34,935 nt of DNA from Elusimicrobiota bacterium (GTDB lineage Bacteria > Elusimicrobiota > Elusimicrobia > UBA1565 > UBA9628), in contig DAHVNA010000022.1 in NCBI GenBank assembly GCA_027319565.1, positions 1 to 34,935 on the forward strand, written 5' to 3'. Below the pieces are notes generated by a model. That model did no database searches. It worked only from the letters and a program-made list of their open reading frames with translations, and had not been told where the DNA came from. The position numbers were made by a program, and so were the translations under genes. Numbering within the stretch: position 1 is the first letter of the stretch; the number at the start of each line of letters is the position of its first letter. Below, piece after piece: positions 34,278 through 34,935 of this stretch.

Positions 34278-34613
34278 ATGTCAGAAATTCAATTAACGGA
34301 TGCTGGTTTTGAAAAAGACGTCATTCAAAGCGCTGAGCCGGTTTTAGTCGATTTTTGGGCGCCGTGGTGCGGCCCTTGCAGGATGCTCGCTCCCGTTGTC
34401 GAGGAGTTAGCCAAGGAATACGCCGGTAAAATTAAGGTTGGCAAGCTCAACACCGATGAACATCAAAATACCGCCAGCCGCTATCAAATTTCCGCGATTC
34501 CAACCCTTTTATTTTTTAAAGGCGGAAAGGTGGCAGAGCAGTTAGTGGGACTTCACTCGAAGGCCGAAATCAAGAAGATTCTCGACAACCTCATTTCTGT
34601 TCCGCAGCATTGA
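34278..34613 (+). CDS. trxA: Thioredoxin
   Basis: [32 protein letters not shown]. Confidence 0.96.
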   Translation: MSEIQLTDAGFEKDVIQSAEPVLVDFWAPWCGPCRMLAPVVEELAKEYAGKIKVGKLNTDEHQNTASRYQISAIPTLLFFKGGKVAEQLVGLHSKAEIKKILDNLISVPQH

Positions 34614-34631
34614 TTTAGACGCCGTGGCGTT

Positions 34632-34662
34632 CCCGCTCCGCCTTTCCTAAAGGCGGAGCGGG
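34632..34662. repeat. Perfect 14-bp inverted repeat between trxA and polA
   Basis: CCCGCTCCGCCTTT-cct-AAAGGCGGAGCGGG; no immediate T tract. Confidence 0.8.
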
Positions 34663-34697
34663 CCGATTTAGCTGTCCAGTTTCTCTTTTACATCCTT

Positions 34698-34935
34698 ATG
34701 AAGCCCCGTATTTATCTTATTGACGCTCATGCCTATCTCCATCGGGCTTATCACGCCTTGCCGCCTTTAACGAATGCGGCCAAGGAACCGGTGGGAGCGC
34801 TTTACGGCTTTGCTCGGGCGCTGATTTTAATTTTGAAAAAGGAAAAGCCGGATTTTATCGCCATTTGTTTTGACTCTCCCGGGCCGACCTTTAGACACGA
34901 GATATATAAAGAATATAAAGCCACTCGAAAGAAAA
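34698..34935 (+). CDS. polA: DNA polymerase I, 5'-3' exonuclease N-terminus (partial; absent from the ORF track)
   Basis: MKPRIYLIDAHAYLHRAYHALPPLTNAAKEPVGALYGFARAL...CFDSPGPTFRHEIYKEYKATR. Confidence 0.88.
   Translation, partial: MKPRIYLIDAHAYLHRAYHALPPLTNAAKEPVGALYGFARALILILKKEKPDFIAICFDSPGPTFRHEIYKEYKATRKK

Overview
Bacterial chromosomal window. The style of the secreted proteins (signal peptide plus low-complexity linker plus enzyme, ankyrin-caspase) is reminiscent of Elusimicrobiota; this is inference only. Left flank: AsmA-like protein (partial), engB/yihA, RluE-like synthase, a methyltransferase, a metallophosphoesterase, an amine oxidase, a Spy-like protein, an ankyrin-caspase and feoAB. 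Right flank: queA-tgt, an ftsH-paralog/S1-P1 nuclease/PLD operon, trxA and polA (partial). Between them, one initiator tRNA-Met gene (11767-11840) has been hit from both sides. (1) A 14,012-bp island is bounded by a 19-bp direct repeat of the tRNA 3' end (11823-11841 and 25835-25853). It carries a large serine recombinase whose att site lies inside its own gene, an Xis-like protein, a DUF2779 nuclease, a membrane KAP NTPase, a three-gene R-M-like module, a tyrosine recombinase fused to two Xis-like HTH domains and a stand-alone recombinase zinc ribbon. Joining the ends into a circle by hand gives a symmetric serine-type attP and a new 39-aa C-terminus for the recombinase, whose stop then overlaps the start of the zinc-ribbon gene at the far end. 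This points to an integration-dependent gene/operon switch. (2) A 1,752-bp Fic-carrying segment is bounded by an exact 80-bp repeat made of the whole tRNA promoter plus the tRNA 5' half.
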